DNA of 64,000 bases from a virus: the IMG/VR virus record IMGVR_UViG_3300021077_000115, positions 238,064 through 302,063 of that record; one strand, 5' to 3'. Shown in pieces: positions 15,762 to 25,012 of the stretch. The notes under the pieces were generated by a model. It saw only the letters and a list, made by a program, of their open reading frames with translations. It did no database searches and had not been told where the DNA came from. Numbering within the stretch: position 1 is the stretch's first letter; each line of letters starts with the position of its first letter. The position numbers were made by a program, and so were the translations under genes.

Positions 15762-18700
15762 CCACTATATGTACACTCCTCGTTGGTACAATTACCACAG
15801 GCAGCTCCAGTCTTTCGATATGTTCGCTTGCCACAAGATGGGCACTTTTCCATAGGGACTGCGTTTTTCCTATCAAAATCTTCAATAGTAGATGTCTTAG
15901 ACTCTTCCTCTTGCTGCTCTTCTGCATAAGTTCGCAAGACACGAGCAATATTAGTTGGCAAAGAGAATATATACTGTCCGCCAATCTTATCCAACTGCTC
16001 ACAGATGAACATGATAGGAACACCATGCCTCAAGTTCATGCTGGTTGTTCTTGCTGTCAGCTCTAGGATTTGAAGATCTTTTTCGCTCAATCCAAAATAC
16101 GGGGCAATCACCAAGACCTCATACGGCTTCTTGGTACCAGGGAAGAAGCTCACTGTAACATAAGCATTTCTCGGTTCACCATTACCAAAATCAATTCGAA
16201 TCTTGTGCGTCTCTGAATCCAGAATCTTGTCACGCTTTGGAGCAAATGCCTGACCGGGCGCATCAAAGATTGGTGTAAACCAACTAAGTACATCTTGCTT
16301 CGTATACTTGGGCAATGATATACCATCTGCCGTTTCCCAATCAAAATTGCCCTGAGCTAAACTCTTAGCCTTGGCAATCTCCTTCAATTCCTTGCTGACA
16401 TCTTCCAGCTTAGAGGCGATGGCATCCCACAGATCAAATCCTTCCTTATCAAAGACTTGACTATAATGTCCGATAAGATAGTTTTCGCACTTCAGCGCCT
16501 GCTTATCGCCTGTTACCAAAACTCCATCGCGAGATCCGTCAACATAAACGGTGACTCCTTTGAGGCCATATTTCCAAGCCTCCATATAGATCTTAGAAAC
16601 AACACTATTGGGAGTTCCTGCAGGTAAATTGATAGTACTACTAATCGAATGATCGATATGCTTCTGCTCAGCAGCCTGGATCATGATTCGCTTTGTCCAG
16701 TCTACCTCATCCGAGTTAACAAAGAATTCAGGAAGTGGTGCGCTCTCATCTAGGCCGAACTTCTCTAGATATGCTCTAGCATTGTGTGAGAACTGCTTGT
16801 ACTCTTGCCATGAATCACCATTGACGTCTGTGAAGTCAACACGTACACCAACATCATTTGGATTCACCTTCTTGCGGCGAATGAAGTAGATACGGAAGAC
16901 TGGTTCAACACCCGAAGAAACATTGAAGTAAGAAAAATTGCCTAGTTTGGAAATGATAGCCACCGAACCAGTTGGGGCTTGCGTCAACATAGAAATGTTG
17001 CGCCTTCCATATATAGCCATATCAGCTAGGATGTCTGCTGGTAGGTCTTTGATGAAAGGATTGTCCTTTTCCAATTCCCAATTGAACTCTGGGAAGGGCC
17101 CACGAATTTTTGCCAACTCTACAGATGTTCTATAGGCCGTTTCTTTGAATGTTCGGTAGATTTTATCTACCATTTCAATAGCAGCATCAGAATCATACCT
17201 AATACGAAGCTGTGCTAAAGCATCGGCTAGCCCATGAGTTCCTAAGCCAGTTCTACGACCATCACGCCCGGCATCATGAAGCTTCTGCCAGATAACAATC
17301 TCCTGATCGACATCCTCTTGGGTAGTGCCAGTGTCTTTGATAACCGTTATGATCTTCTCAATCAATTCCAATTCAAGATCAACAAGGTTATCACCCATCC
17401 TTGCTTGAATAGCAACATCGGCAATGAAGCGATCGAAATCGAACTGGGCTGTTCCCTCAAATGGGTTGTTGACGTAATTCGTTAGATTCAAAGATATCAA
17501 ACGGCAACTATCGCTTGCTGAAAGAATAATCTCTGAACATGGGTTAGTTGAAACTGACTTGAATCTTGGATAGCAATGTGCTGGTAATGTTCGTACGGCG
17601 TTATTCCAGAGAACCAAACCAGGCTCTGCTGACTTGGTTGCAGAATCAACAATAGCATCCCAAACACGGCGCGCAGAAACCTTTCGGCTGATCTTCGGCG
17701 TCTTACTTTCACAAGGCCAACGAACTTCATAATCAGTTCCATCTTCAACAGCCTTGAGGAACTCATCACTCAAGCGCAAGGAGATGTTAGCTCCTGTAAC
17801 TTGAGTTAGGTCATGCTTCATGTTCGTAAACTTGAGCACATCTGGATGATGGACATCCAAAGTTATCATCAAAGCGCCACGCCTCCCGCTGTTATGAACA
17901 TAAAATCCTTCGCACCAAAATAGATGTTCTTCAGGAAGCTCTAAATCGAATGTCTCTTCAACTCCGTCCTCTGTAATTGATGATACGGTCGCCTTTATAA
18001 GCAGACCGCTCTGAGCCAGCTTTTCGCCAGCAGACTTGATCTTCAAATACGCAGTGGCCGATACAAAATGTGAGTTATCAGGTATAAAATCATATTGATT
18101 ATGAGTTACGCCAAGTGACTTTGCTTTGTATGGTGTTGTATAATTGTCTCGCTTAGAAATGAAGCGTTCATATATCTTTTCTGCAGGAAAAGTACCACCA
18201 TCAATACAGGCAACCAATGCCTCTTGTGCATGTGTTCCTGTAATCGCTACAGAGTATAAATCTCTCCACTCTTTTGATGTACGATCTTCTGTGTGAATTT
18301 TACTAATAATTCCATTTGCCATCAACATTATCTGAATATCCTTGGCAAAAGAAAATGAAGTTGTTGAAAAAGAATATCCTTTTTTGGATTTACCGTTAGT
18401 TCCATCGGCGTCAAAGAAACCTGCCAAGAATGACATTTGAATCTCTGATGAGGCTTTTAATATACTAGATGGTACCCTAATTTTGGTTGATTTTTCCTTG
18501 AGTAGTGAATTAGCCTTCAACCAATGACAAACCAACTTACTGTTAATTGTGACCTTATTAACGGCACCATCACCGGGCCTAATTGATGCATCAATACCAA
18601 ATACTCTTTTAATTATCTTACAAGCTTGTGCCTGAACCGCCGGATGTTCATGAGCACATGCTATTGAAATCAATAATGGTTCGTTGAATTTATCATACTC

Positions 18701-19678
18701 AACGCCCCCATCACCATACATTAACCCAAGGATATATGCTAAATCAGTATTTATATTACGCGGTAAATTTACATCTTCATTTAATCTATTTGAATTATTG
18801 TATTGCTTCTTTACGTATTCTGGACAAACCAGATCATCAGTTCCAACGCCAACCCTCCAAGCTCCAGGTATTAATACTACAGAGTCACCCTCTTCAAAAT
18901 CACCTAGGCGCTTTTCTATCAGGACACCATCCTCTTCTGTTAAGAATAGATGATCTTCCGACGCCCGAACAGAGAAACCATACGATGTTTGTAGTTTGTA
19001 AATCTTCTTTGAACCATTAATGAATAAATTAGAAACCCCAATAAATCCATTCTTGGTCCATACAGAATCAATACTAGGCCTTACTTCCTCAATTGGAATT
19101 AGCCCATTTCTAGTAAGAACCCTCTCGCCTTTAGCAATACACTGTCCTATCTTTCTGGTAACTTCAGAGAAGAAATCTGCAAAGCTCCATGCTCCAGTTG
19201 TTGTGCGTGCGGCATTGTTCACCGTCATCCCATCTGGGCGCAGGGATGATAAATCAAACCCAACTCCACAGCGTCTTTTATAGAGTTGGGCAAGATTGTG
19301 AGCGGTCCTAAAAATACCAGAAATTGAATCTTCTGGAGATGCTTCAACGACGCAGTTGGAAGCACTCATTGTTTGGTAGGGATTTCCTACCGCCGCCATA
19401 ACTGAACCTTGTGGTACAATGCGTCCAAATTGAGACATGGCATTGTAATATATAGCTGTTTGATTTGTGTTATCAATAGAATCATCGTATCTAGTATCAA
19501 TACGAGCAAACTCTGTAGCCAGCCTATTGTGCATACTCTCTGGAGTTGGTTCTACAATATCACCATCAGAATCACGCATTGCGTATTTGTTCAGGTATAC
19601 GCTGGCTGATATCTCCTCTCCGTTGAAGTAAGCAAGTGCTAGTTTATGGGCATCTTCGTATGAATACTTTTCCGACAT
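15752..19678 (-). CDS. nrdJ: ribonucleotide reductase class II (adenosylcobalamin-dependent NrdJ), intein-containing, with a C-terminal Cys4 zinc ribbon
   Basis: The N-terminus is YLNKYAMRDSDGDIVEPTPESMHNRLATEFARID (the class II signature LRDRYF..D..G...E). It has no ATP cone. The C-terminus is CPSCGKRTYRKTGAACGNCTNEEC. The extein junction ...RKIGQ | SGRRGALM flanks a 417-aa insertion. Confidence 0.9.
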   Translation of the reverse strand: MSEKYSYEDAHKLALAYFNGEEISASVYLNKYAMRDSDGDIVEPTPESMHNRLATEFARIDTRYDDSIDNTNQTAIYYNAMSQFGRIVPQGSVMAAVGNPYQTMSASNCVVEASPEDSISGIFRTAHNLAQLYKRRCGVGFDLSSLRPDGMTVNNAARTTTGAWSFADFFSEVTRKIGQCIAKGERVLTRNGLIPIEEVRPSIDSVWTKNGFIGVSNLFINGSKKIYKLQTSYGFSVRASEDHLFLTEEDGVLIEKRLGDFEEGDSVVLIPGAWRVGVGTDDLVCPEYVKKQYNNSNRLNEDVNLPRNINTDLAYILGLMYGDGGVEYDKFNEPLLISIACAHEHPAVQAQACKIIKRVFGIDASIRPGDGAVNKVTINSKLVCHWLKANSLLKEKSTKIRVPSSILKASSEIQMSFLAGFFDADGTNGKSKKGYSFSTTSFSFAKDIQIMLMANGIISKIHTEDRTSKEWRDLYSVAITGTHAQEALVACIDGGTFPAEKIYERFISKRDNYTTPYKAKSLGVTHNQYDFIPDNSHFVSATAYLKIKSAGEKLAQSGLLIKATVSSITEDGVEETFDLELPEEHLFWCEGFYVHNSGRRGALMITLDVHHPDVLKFTNMKHDLTQVTGANISLRLSDEFLKAVEDGTDYEVRWPCESKTPKISRKVSARRVWDAIVDSATKSAEPGLVLWNNAVRTLPAHCYPRFKSVSTNPCSEIILSASDSCRLISLNLTNYVNNPFEGTAQFDFDRFIADVAIQARMGDNLVDLELELIEKIITVIKDTGTTQEDVDQEIVIWQKLHDAGRDGRRTGLGTHGLADALAQLRIRYDSDAAIEMVDKIYRTFKETAYRTSVELAKIRGPFPEFNWELEKDNPFIKDLPADILADMAIYGRRNISMLTQAPTGSVAIISKLGNFSYFNVSSGVEPVFRIYFIRRKKVNPNDVGVRVDFTDVNGDSWQEYKQFSHNARAYLEKFGLDESAPLPEFFVNSDEVDWTKRIMIQAAEQKHIDHSISSTINLPAGTPNSVVSKIYMEAWKYGLKGVTVYVDGSRDGVLVTGDKQALKCENYLIGHYSQVFDKEGFDLWDAIASKLEDVSKELKEIAKAKSLAQGNFDWETADGISLPKYTKQDVLSWFTPIFDAPGQAFAPKRDKILDSETHKIRIDFGNGEPRNAYVTVSFFPGTKKPYEVLVIAPYFGLSEKDLQILELTARTTSMNLRHGVPIMFICEQLDKIGGQYIFSLPTNIARVLRTYAEEQQEEESKTSTIEDFDRKNAVPMEKCPSCGKRTYRKTGAACGNCTNEECTYSGCG
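17891..19141 (-). mobile_element. intein (417 aa) with a LAGLIDADG homing-endonuclease domain inside nrdJ
   Basis: It starts at Cys180 (CIAKGERVLTRNG, Hint block A). LAGLIDADG motifs are LAYILGLMYGDGGV and MSFLAGFFDADGT. It ends ...GFYVHN followed by Ser (+1) of SGRRGA. The boundaries were mapped to codons by hand (ACA codon at 19139-19141, GTT at 17891-17893). Confidence 0.8.
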
Positions 19679-19684
19679 AATTCC

Positions 19685-20344
19685 TCAAAACAAGTCTATC
19701 AATTCTCGTTTCAGCGTCTTCTTTGCTTCTGTTAATAACTTTATGCAGCTCATCCTAGAAATACTTAATCTATCGCAAATCTTACCAATAGAATAAAGGT
19801 CTCTGCGATTCTCGGATGCTCCGCCTAGTTCATAATGTAAGGTTATTACCTTACGCTGATCCTCTGGCAATTTATCCACCGCACTCCGAATCAAAGTAAC
19901 CGCTTCGTCTTTAGCAATATGATCGAGAGCACTAATCTCTCCGTCGATAATTATTGGAAGTTGAGATACTTTGTACGGTTGAACATGCTTGGCATGTTTC
20001 AGCGGCACCTTGATAGTAGAGTGGCGATTCGCCTCTCGACTAATCTTGGTTTTGATGTACTTATTTGCCCACCAGTAGAAATCGCCCTTTTCGGGCTTAT
20101 AAGTCTGCAATGCCCTATACAAAGCAATACGGCCATCTTGTTTAAGGTCTTCGTAATTTGCGAATCCCTTATATCTTCTAGTACGTGCATCAACTAAGTA
20201 TTCAAGTTCTTTGGTACATTCTGATTGAATATCTTCAAGTTCTCTTTTTAGATTGTTGCTCTTAGACTTTACACATTTCTTTCTAAGGACAACCATATTA
20301 CTCAAAAGAGCATTAATCCTATCTTGATCAATTACATTATTCAA
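19685..20344 (-). CDS. RNA polymerase sigma factor, sigma-70 family (regions 2 and 4)
   Basis: DLKQDGRIALYRALQTYKPEKGDFYWWANKYIKTKISREANRHSTIKVPLKH matches sigma-70 region 2.1-2.4/3.0 (DLiQeG.lgL..A...fdp.kG.kFstYA.wwIr.aI.R.......iriP.h). A C-terminal HTH (SIGKICDRLSISRMSCIKLLTEAKK) corresponds to region 4. Confidence 0.8.
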   Translation of the reverse strand: MNNVIDQDRINALLSNMVVLRKKCVKSKSNNLKRELEDIQSECTKELEYLVDARTRRYKGFANYEDLKQDGRIALYRALQTYKPEKGDFYWWANKYIKTKISREANRHSTIKVPLKHAKHVQPYKVSQLPIIIDGEISALDHIAKDEAVTLIRSAVDKLPEDQRKVITLHYELGGASENRRDLYSIGKICDRLSISRMSCIKLLTEAKKTLKRELIDLF

Positions 20345-20356
20345 AGTTCTCCTATA

Positions 20357-20620
20357 TTAATCGTTATTGCCGTATAAATTACGAGCAAGCTTTTCATCTT
20401 TTCTAGCCTGACGAGCTATATCTTTCCCTTCTTTCCATAGCTTTTGTACAAGATCTCGACCAGTCAATTCAACTTGAGCAGAAACATTACAAGATATTAA
20501 TCTTTTCACTTGTCCTTCAACTCCACAATTAGGACATGCTGTAGGAATAGGTGCATGTATACTGTATGTATCTTCAAATTCTTGTTGACAAGCTTCGCAC
20601 AAATGATCATAAGTTGGCAT
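20357..20620 (-). CDS. FmdB-family zinc-ribbon protein
   Basis: MPTYDHLCEACQQEFED....CPNCG matches the FmdB CxxC...CxxC pattern at the N-terminus. Confidence 0.55.
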   Translation of the reverse strand: MPTYDHLCEACQQEFEDTYSIHAPIPTACPNCGVEGQVKRLISCNVSAQVELTGRDLVQKLWKEGKDIARQARKDEKLARNLYGNND

Positions 20621-20623
20621 ATA

Positions 20624-20800
20624 TTATCTCCTAATTTCCTTGAGTGTTTTACCAAGGAGTACTAATTCAACATCATCCATCCAATTGTCTCGTACTCTTT
20701 GTTTAAAGCTCTCATCAATAACCTTAAATACCAAATACAAATCACCTGTAATTGGATCAACTTCCATTCTAATGGCTCGTGCAACAGTATCAAAGACCAT
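20624..20800 (-). CDS. small hypothetical protein (58 aa)
   Basis: Its ATG overlaps the dnaB TGA stop (ATGA). Translation MVFDTVARAIRMEVDPITGDLYLVFKVIDESFKQRVRDNWMDDVELVLLGKTLKEIRR. It is not in the ORF track because it is under 60 aa. Confidence 0.35.
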   Translation of the reverse strand: MVFDTVARAIRMEVDPITGDLYLVFKVIDESFKQRVRDNWMDDVELVLLGKTLKEIRR

Positions 20801-22251
20801 CAACTATCCTTTGCCTTATTCTTTGCCTCCTGAATTGATCTAATCAGGTCTGGTATATTGGCAGTTACATCTCCAGGAATTTCTCTCTGATCATATGGTA
20901 CATCTATAAGAGATGCATTGGCAAAATTCTTAATCAAATTACCTTGACCCAATGGACCCTTTCGATTCTTGACTACATGAATCTTCAAATCTGGAAAGCT
21001 CATCTCGTTTTGCCTTGTCTCTATTTGAATACCCAAATTTACGTGATGCATTATCAAAGATGAACGTCCCCATCGATGCATACCAACTGCACGATTCTCA
21101 TCCTTGGATCCTGTTGCGTTCCTCTTGAGATCTGTAAGCTGGGCAGCTGTAATAATTGCATTGTCATAAGCTCTTCCGAACTCATGCAATGATGCAGCTA
21201 TCCCTCCAAGCTTCAACCAATCTTGTTCTTTTGCAAGAGCCGTACTGTGCATCAAACCCATATAATCAACGACTACCACGTCTGGACGATATCGTAACAG
21301 TGCATCATGATATCGCAGCTCAACCTCTTCAATTGTAAGGTTTCGTGGGACATCTACAATGTCAAAATAATAGCCGCTTCCTTGATATGCTTTGATAAAA
21401 TCATAAGCCTTTTGTACTCTCATCTCTTCCTCACGAGATAGAGTGGCTTTGGTCAAGCCTCGCTGTGGAACATTAGCTAAGCTGGCAAGGAACCTAACAA
21501 AGCAGTCCTCATAGGGCATTTCCAGGGAGAAATAGAGGATATTGTAACCCTTCACCATTGAGGTGCTGGCAGACGACTCGATTGTATTTCCCTGAAGCCA
21601 AATCTGCTTGGCCATATTGTTAAGCAACTGCGACTTGCCGGCATTGCTCTCACCACCAATCATAATCAGCTCGCCAGGTGAAATGCCCCCAGAAACGGCA
21701 TCAATCATACTGTAGCCGGTCTTGATTTCTACGGAATCTTCGGGGTTAAGCTTGCGCGCCTCGTAAGAATCAATGAATTCAGGGATATAATCGCCGACAG
21801 GCTTTTGGGTATAGGTTCGTTCAAGCTCTATCGAGGTAATTCGGTTGATAGCCAACGATAGCTTGTTGAAATACTCCTCTGGGTTATCTGGAGAATCAGG
21901 ATCATCAGATGACGCCTGCGCACGGATATCCTCTACCGCCTGTTGTTGAAACCTCTTCTTCAACTGTTCGAGATCATAGGGATATTCGCGAGTGTCGTAT
22001 TCTAGCCCTTCTATCTCACTCCAAGCATCCTCTATATTGGCCACGAGCAGTGGATTGCCACTGTGATGTTCGATAAGGGTTCGTTTGGTAGGGGGCGATC
22101 TGAAGTGTTTGGTATAATCCAGGACTAGTTTGGCGAAACGCTGAACGTCAATATCGAACAGAGTATGATCATAACGAGAAACGAATGTGAGCGCGCTTAC
22201 CTTGTCATGTACAAGGGCTTTAAGAATCTTAAGATCTAGTTCCTCTATCAT
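20800..22251 (-). CDS. dnaB: replicative DNA helicase, DnaB family
   Basis: Walker A in the RecA-like domain is GYSMIDAVSGGISPGELIMIGGESNAGKSQLLNNMA. Walker B is DVVVVDYMGLM. The C-terminal arginine-finger region is typical of DnaB. Confidence 0.85.
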   Translation of the reverse strand: MIEELDLKILKALVHDKVSALTFVSRYDHTLFDIDVQRFAKLVLDYTKHFRSPPTKRTLIEHHSGNPLLVANIEDAWSEIEGLEYDTREYPYDLEQLKKRFQQQAVEDIRAQASSDDPDSPDNPEEYFNKLSLAINRITSIELERTYTQKPVGDYIPEFIDSYEARKLNPEDSVEIKTGYSMIDAVSGGISPGELIMIGGESNAGKSQLLNNMAKQIWLQGNTIESSASTSMVKGYNILYFSLEMPYEDCFVRFLASLANVPQRGLTKATLSREEEMRVQKAYDFIKAYQGSGYYFDIVDVPRNLTIEEVELRYHDALLRYRPDVVVVDYMGLMHSTALAKEQDWLKLGGIAASLHEFGRAYDNAIITAAQLTDLKRNATGSKDENRAVGMHRWGRSSLIMHHVNLGIQIETRQNEMSFPDLKIHVVKNRKGPLGQGNLIKNFANASLIDVPYDQREIPGDVTANIPDLIRSIQEAKNKAKDS

Positions 22252-24017
22252 AATTCTCCCTTTTTAATCATGTCTCGCATATCCTGCCCACCAATAACAG
22301 GAACCAATTTAACCACTTTCATCAAACTTTCAATACTTGCTCGCAAAGGTCCAGAGAAACTTTCCTCAACCTTCACGCTGTTGGTACAGAAGAATAGAGG
22401 TACCTTATTTTGAATTCTGGTCCTCATAATTGGCTCAAGAATGCGGCCAAATAGATCGGCGGCATTCTCACTGCCCATAAAGCGAGCATCGAACTCATCT
22501 ATTACCAAAAAGTCTATAGATAGTAATATCTCTCGCGCCTGAGATTTTACCTCTGGCGAGGAATACAGCATGATATGGATTATGTCCGTCAGATTGACAT
22601 ACAGAGCGCTGTAGCTCTTTTCGACGGCTCGCTTCAGGATGCAGCAGGAAACCATCGTATTGTGCGTTGCGATAAAATTGCGCGTAATCAAAAATAAATG
22701 AGATGGGCTATCAACCGTAAGGCATCTCATTGGCCTTGGATCAATTATAGAAACCTTAGTTATGAACCTGTGAGTTGTTCTGGTTTCCTGTGATTTTTCC
22801 AATCTTATATTTTGAAGTTTTCGAGTAATTCTACAGATTGGTAGTTTTGTAGTAAATGTTACTCGATAACGATCCTGGCATCGCTTACCATTGAGAAAGC
22901 TTTTGTTTTTATTGATTGTTGCCTTTATCCCAAAGCTCAAAATCAATTGTAAAAACCCCCTAGCTAATGGCTCAATAACAGAACAGAACTCACATAGGCC
23001 AGTATCAGTTATATGGCCATCAGTATCCATCAATCCCTGAACTAAAGCAAGTCTCTGTTCAAATGAAGAATGTAAATATTCCCAAGGTATATACTTATTC
23101 TGTATTAGCCCAAATTCTCTCAATTCTTTAGCTAATCTTCCGGTTTTTCTCTTAAACTTTCCAACAGGAATCAATTTACCAATTCTATAAAGAAAAGATT
23201 TTGATTTAGAACTAACTGATGAAGGCTTCAAAAACGCTTCATATCCAATCAGCTCTATATTATGAATAATCTCTATATCTGCAGATTCAATCGATCCCTC
23301 TCTACAAGTCCCATCACCAAGCCAGCAACCCAAAACATAAGGATCTATTAGTAGTGATTTGCTGCTGTAATTTATTGGCCTCGAACACTCAATGGAATGA
23401 TTAGATATTTTTTGCTTACCATTAACCTTTTGAGTTAGGAATATTTCCTTAGTAGTCCTTACTTCTGGAGCTGATTTATCAAGTCTGCTTTTTCTAGTAT
23501 GAGTAAGCCATAAATGATCAGCACAAGCATTTACTTTTAAACCATCATCAAACTCTAGTTCATAAGATTCTGGGCTTATCTGTATTGGGTGTAATTTTAA
23601 TACCTTACAAATATTACCATTTTCATCAAATAAAGAATCTCCTTCGCAAAGATCCTTTAGCTTGATAAATCCGGTTGGTGTTGGCAACTCGGTCTCAAGA
23701 TCTAATTGTTTACCGATTCCATGTTTACCGGCAAAGAATGCCCGCTCACCATTCTTGTAAGTCTCCTTGATGTCTTTTGTAACATCTTGATAGACTTTAC
23801 CCAGAATAGCGGGGCCTGACCAATCCGTCATGTCACGCCACCAGTAATCAACTGGTATATTGGCGTCGTAATAGCGCTGGAATGCAGTTGTAAGAGAAGC
23901 ACCAGCTGTGGTTAGTATGCCATCGTTGGATTGACTATCAAGAAGGTCACTGACGGAATCATCTAGCTTTCTTCTTGGGATGTTTAGGAATGGGTTTTGT
24001 AAATATTGGGTATCCAA
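22248..24017 (-). CDS. AAA+ P-loop ATPase (DnaC/IstB-like putative helicase loader) interrupted by an intein in the Walker A motif
   Basis: The exteins join as ...AFFAGKHGIGK | TMVSCCILK..., which reconstitutes GxxGxGKT. Walker B is FLVIDEFD. The combined extein is about 240 aa. The gene lies immediately upstream of dnaB and is translationally coupled to it. Confidence 0.65.
   Translation of the reverse strand: MDTQYLQNPFLNIPRRKLDDSVSDLLDSQSNDGILTTAGASLTTAFQRYYDANIPVDYWWRDMTDWSGPAILGKVYQDVTKDIKETYKNGERAFFAGKHGIGKQLDLETELPTPTGFIKLKDLCEGDSLFDENGNICKVLKLHPIQISPESYELEFDDGLKVNACADHLWLTHTRKSRLDKSAPEVRTTKEIFLTQKVNGKQKISNHSIECSRPINYSSKSLLIDPYVLGCWLGDGTCREGSIESADIEIIHNIELIGYEAFLKPSSVSSKSKSFLYRIGKLIPVGKFKRKTGRLAKELREFGLIQNKYIPWEYLHSSFEQRLALVQGLMDTDGHITDTGLCEFCSVIEPLARGFLQLILSFGIKATINKNKSFLNGKRCQDRYRVTFTTKLPICRITRKLQNIRLEKSQETRTTHRFITKVSIIDPRPMRCLTVDSPSHLFLITRNFIATHNTMVSCCILKRAVEKSYSALYVNLTDIIHIMLYSSPEVKSQAREILLSIDFLVIDEFDARFMGSENAADLFGRILEPIMRTRIQNKVPLFFCTNSVKVEESFSGPLRASIESLMKVVKLVPVIGGQDMRDMIKKGEL
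22659..23708 (-). mobile_element. intein (~350 aa) with a LAGLIDADG endonuclease domain in the P-loop of the AAA+ ATPase. It lacks an obvious N-terminal Cys or Ser.
   Basis: Hint-like start region LPTPTGFIKLKDLCEGDSLFDENGNICKV. LAGLIDADG-like motifs YVLGCWLGDGTC and LVQGLMDTDGHI. The C-terminus is ...NFIATHN followed by Thr (+1). The residue after GK is Gln, so the upstream boundary is uncertain and a class 3-like mechanism is possible. Confidence 0.6.
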
Positions 24018-24384
24018 ATTCTACCTCGGGAAGTACTTCGATCTTCTGTGATCTTTTCAGCAATTCACGAGCCCGCTTTCTTTCCTCTTCCGCTTTGAGC
24101 TTATGCAACTCTGCCAAATTCTTGGCTCTCATATCCTCTCGGGGATAATAACGGTCAGGCTCGGGCTCTTCTTCTAGAAAGACCTTCCCTGGCTCGCTCG
24201 ACCCCGTTGTTTGATGAGTGATCTTAATTGCCAATACATTCTTAAATGGATCCTGCACAATAAACACAGATCTATCAAACAGTTCAAGAACCATCTGCTC
24301 GTCCGTTAGCTCAATCAGCCTACCCGCCTCAATAACGTTGTTCGCACAAATGATCTTGATAACAGATCCAATCTCAATTTCCAT
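23959..24384 (-). CDS. hypothetical protein with a Lys/Arg-rich C-terminus (141 aa)
   Basis: ORF in operon orientation. Confidence 0.45.
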   Translation of the reverse strand: MEIEIGSVIKIICANNVIEAGRLIELTDEQMVLELFDRSVFIVQDPFKNVLAIKITHQTTGSSEPGKVFLEEEPEPDRYYPREDMRAKNLAELHKLKAEEERKRARELLKRSQKIEVLPEVEFGYPIFTKPIPKHPKKKAR

Positions 24385-25012
24385 CTAGTCTCCCTAAAAC
24401 ACTATCATCGAAGCCAATACTCTTCAGATCATCAAACATCTTTGTATATATCTGAAGTTCGTTATTACCAGGATCATTCTCGACAGCAATTTTAGCAAAT
24501 GCTAAATCACCATATGTACTAACATCAAGATTAAGATTATTAACCACGCTCTTACAATCCTGTGGTAATAAAGTTGATCTTGTAATCTTGGTTTCTTTAC
24601 GGAACTTCTTTTTGAATTCAAATATGAAGTTCGTTGTGAAAAAGTAAGCGATAGAACTTAAAGAAACCTTCTTTGGAACTATATACTGATCAAATACGAA
24701 ATCTATATAGTCCTTTATGGTTTGATTATCATCAACTCCTAGAAATGAAATCATTCTCTTTATACAAAATAACTCAGAGCATTTACTTGGTGGGCCGCTG
24801 TAAGAAAGAGTAAAGTCAATGCCCATGTAGTCTTTGTAGCGCTTCAATATATGGCCAAGGAAATGATGGTCTTTCCATTCCGAAATATCATCAAAACTAT
24901 ACCCGGACAATTTTGATTTGAACTTTAGCCAAGAACTATTCGGCGAGCCATCTTCTTTGAGCCCACTCACCTTTCGAACTTTAGTTGTTGCTACTTTTTT
25001 TCCTGTGGCCAT
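24374..25012 (-). CDS. hypothetical protein (212 aa)
   Basis: ORF in operon orientation. Confidence 0.45.
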   Translation of the reverse strand: MATGKKVATTKVRKVSGLKEDGSPNSSWLKFKSKLSGYSFDDISEWKDHHFLGHILKRYKDYMGIDFTLSYSGPPSKCSELFCIKRMISFLGVDDNQTIKDYIDFVFDQYIVPKKVSLSSIAYFFTTNFIFEFKKKFRKETKITRSTLLPQDCKSVVNNLNLDVSTYGDLAFAKIAVENDPGNNELQIYTKMFDDLKSIGFDDSVLGRLDGN

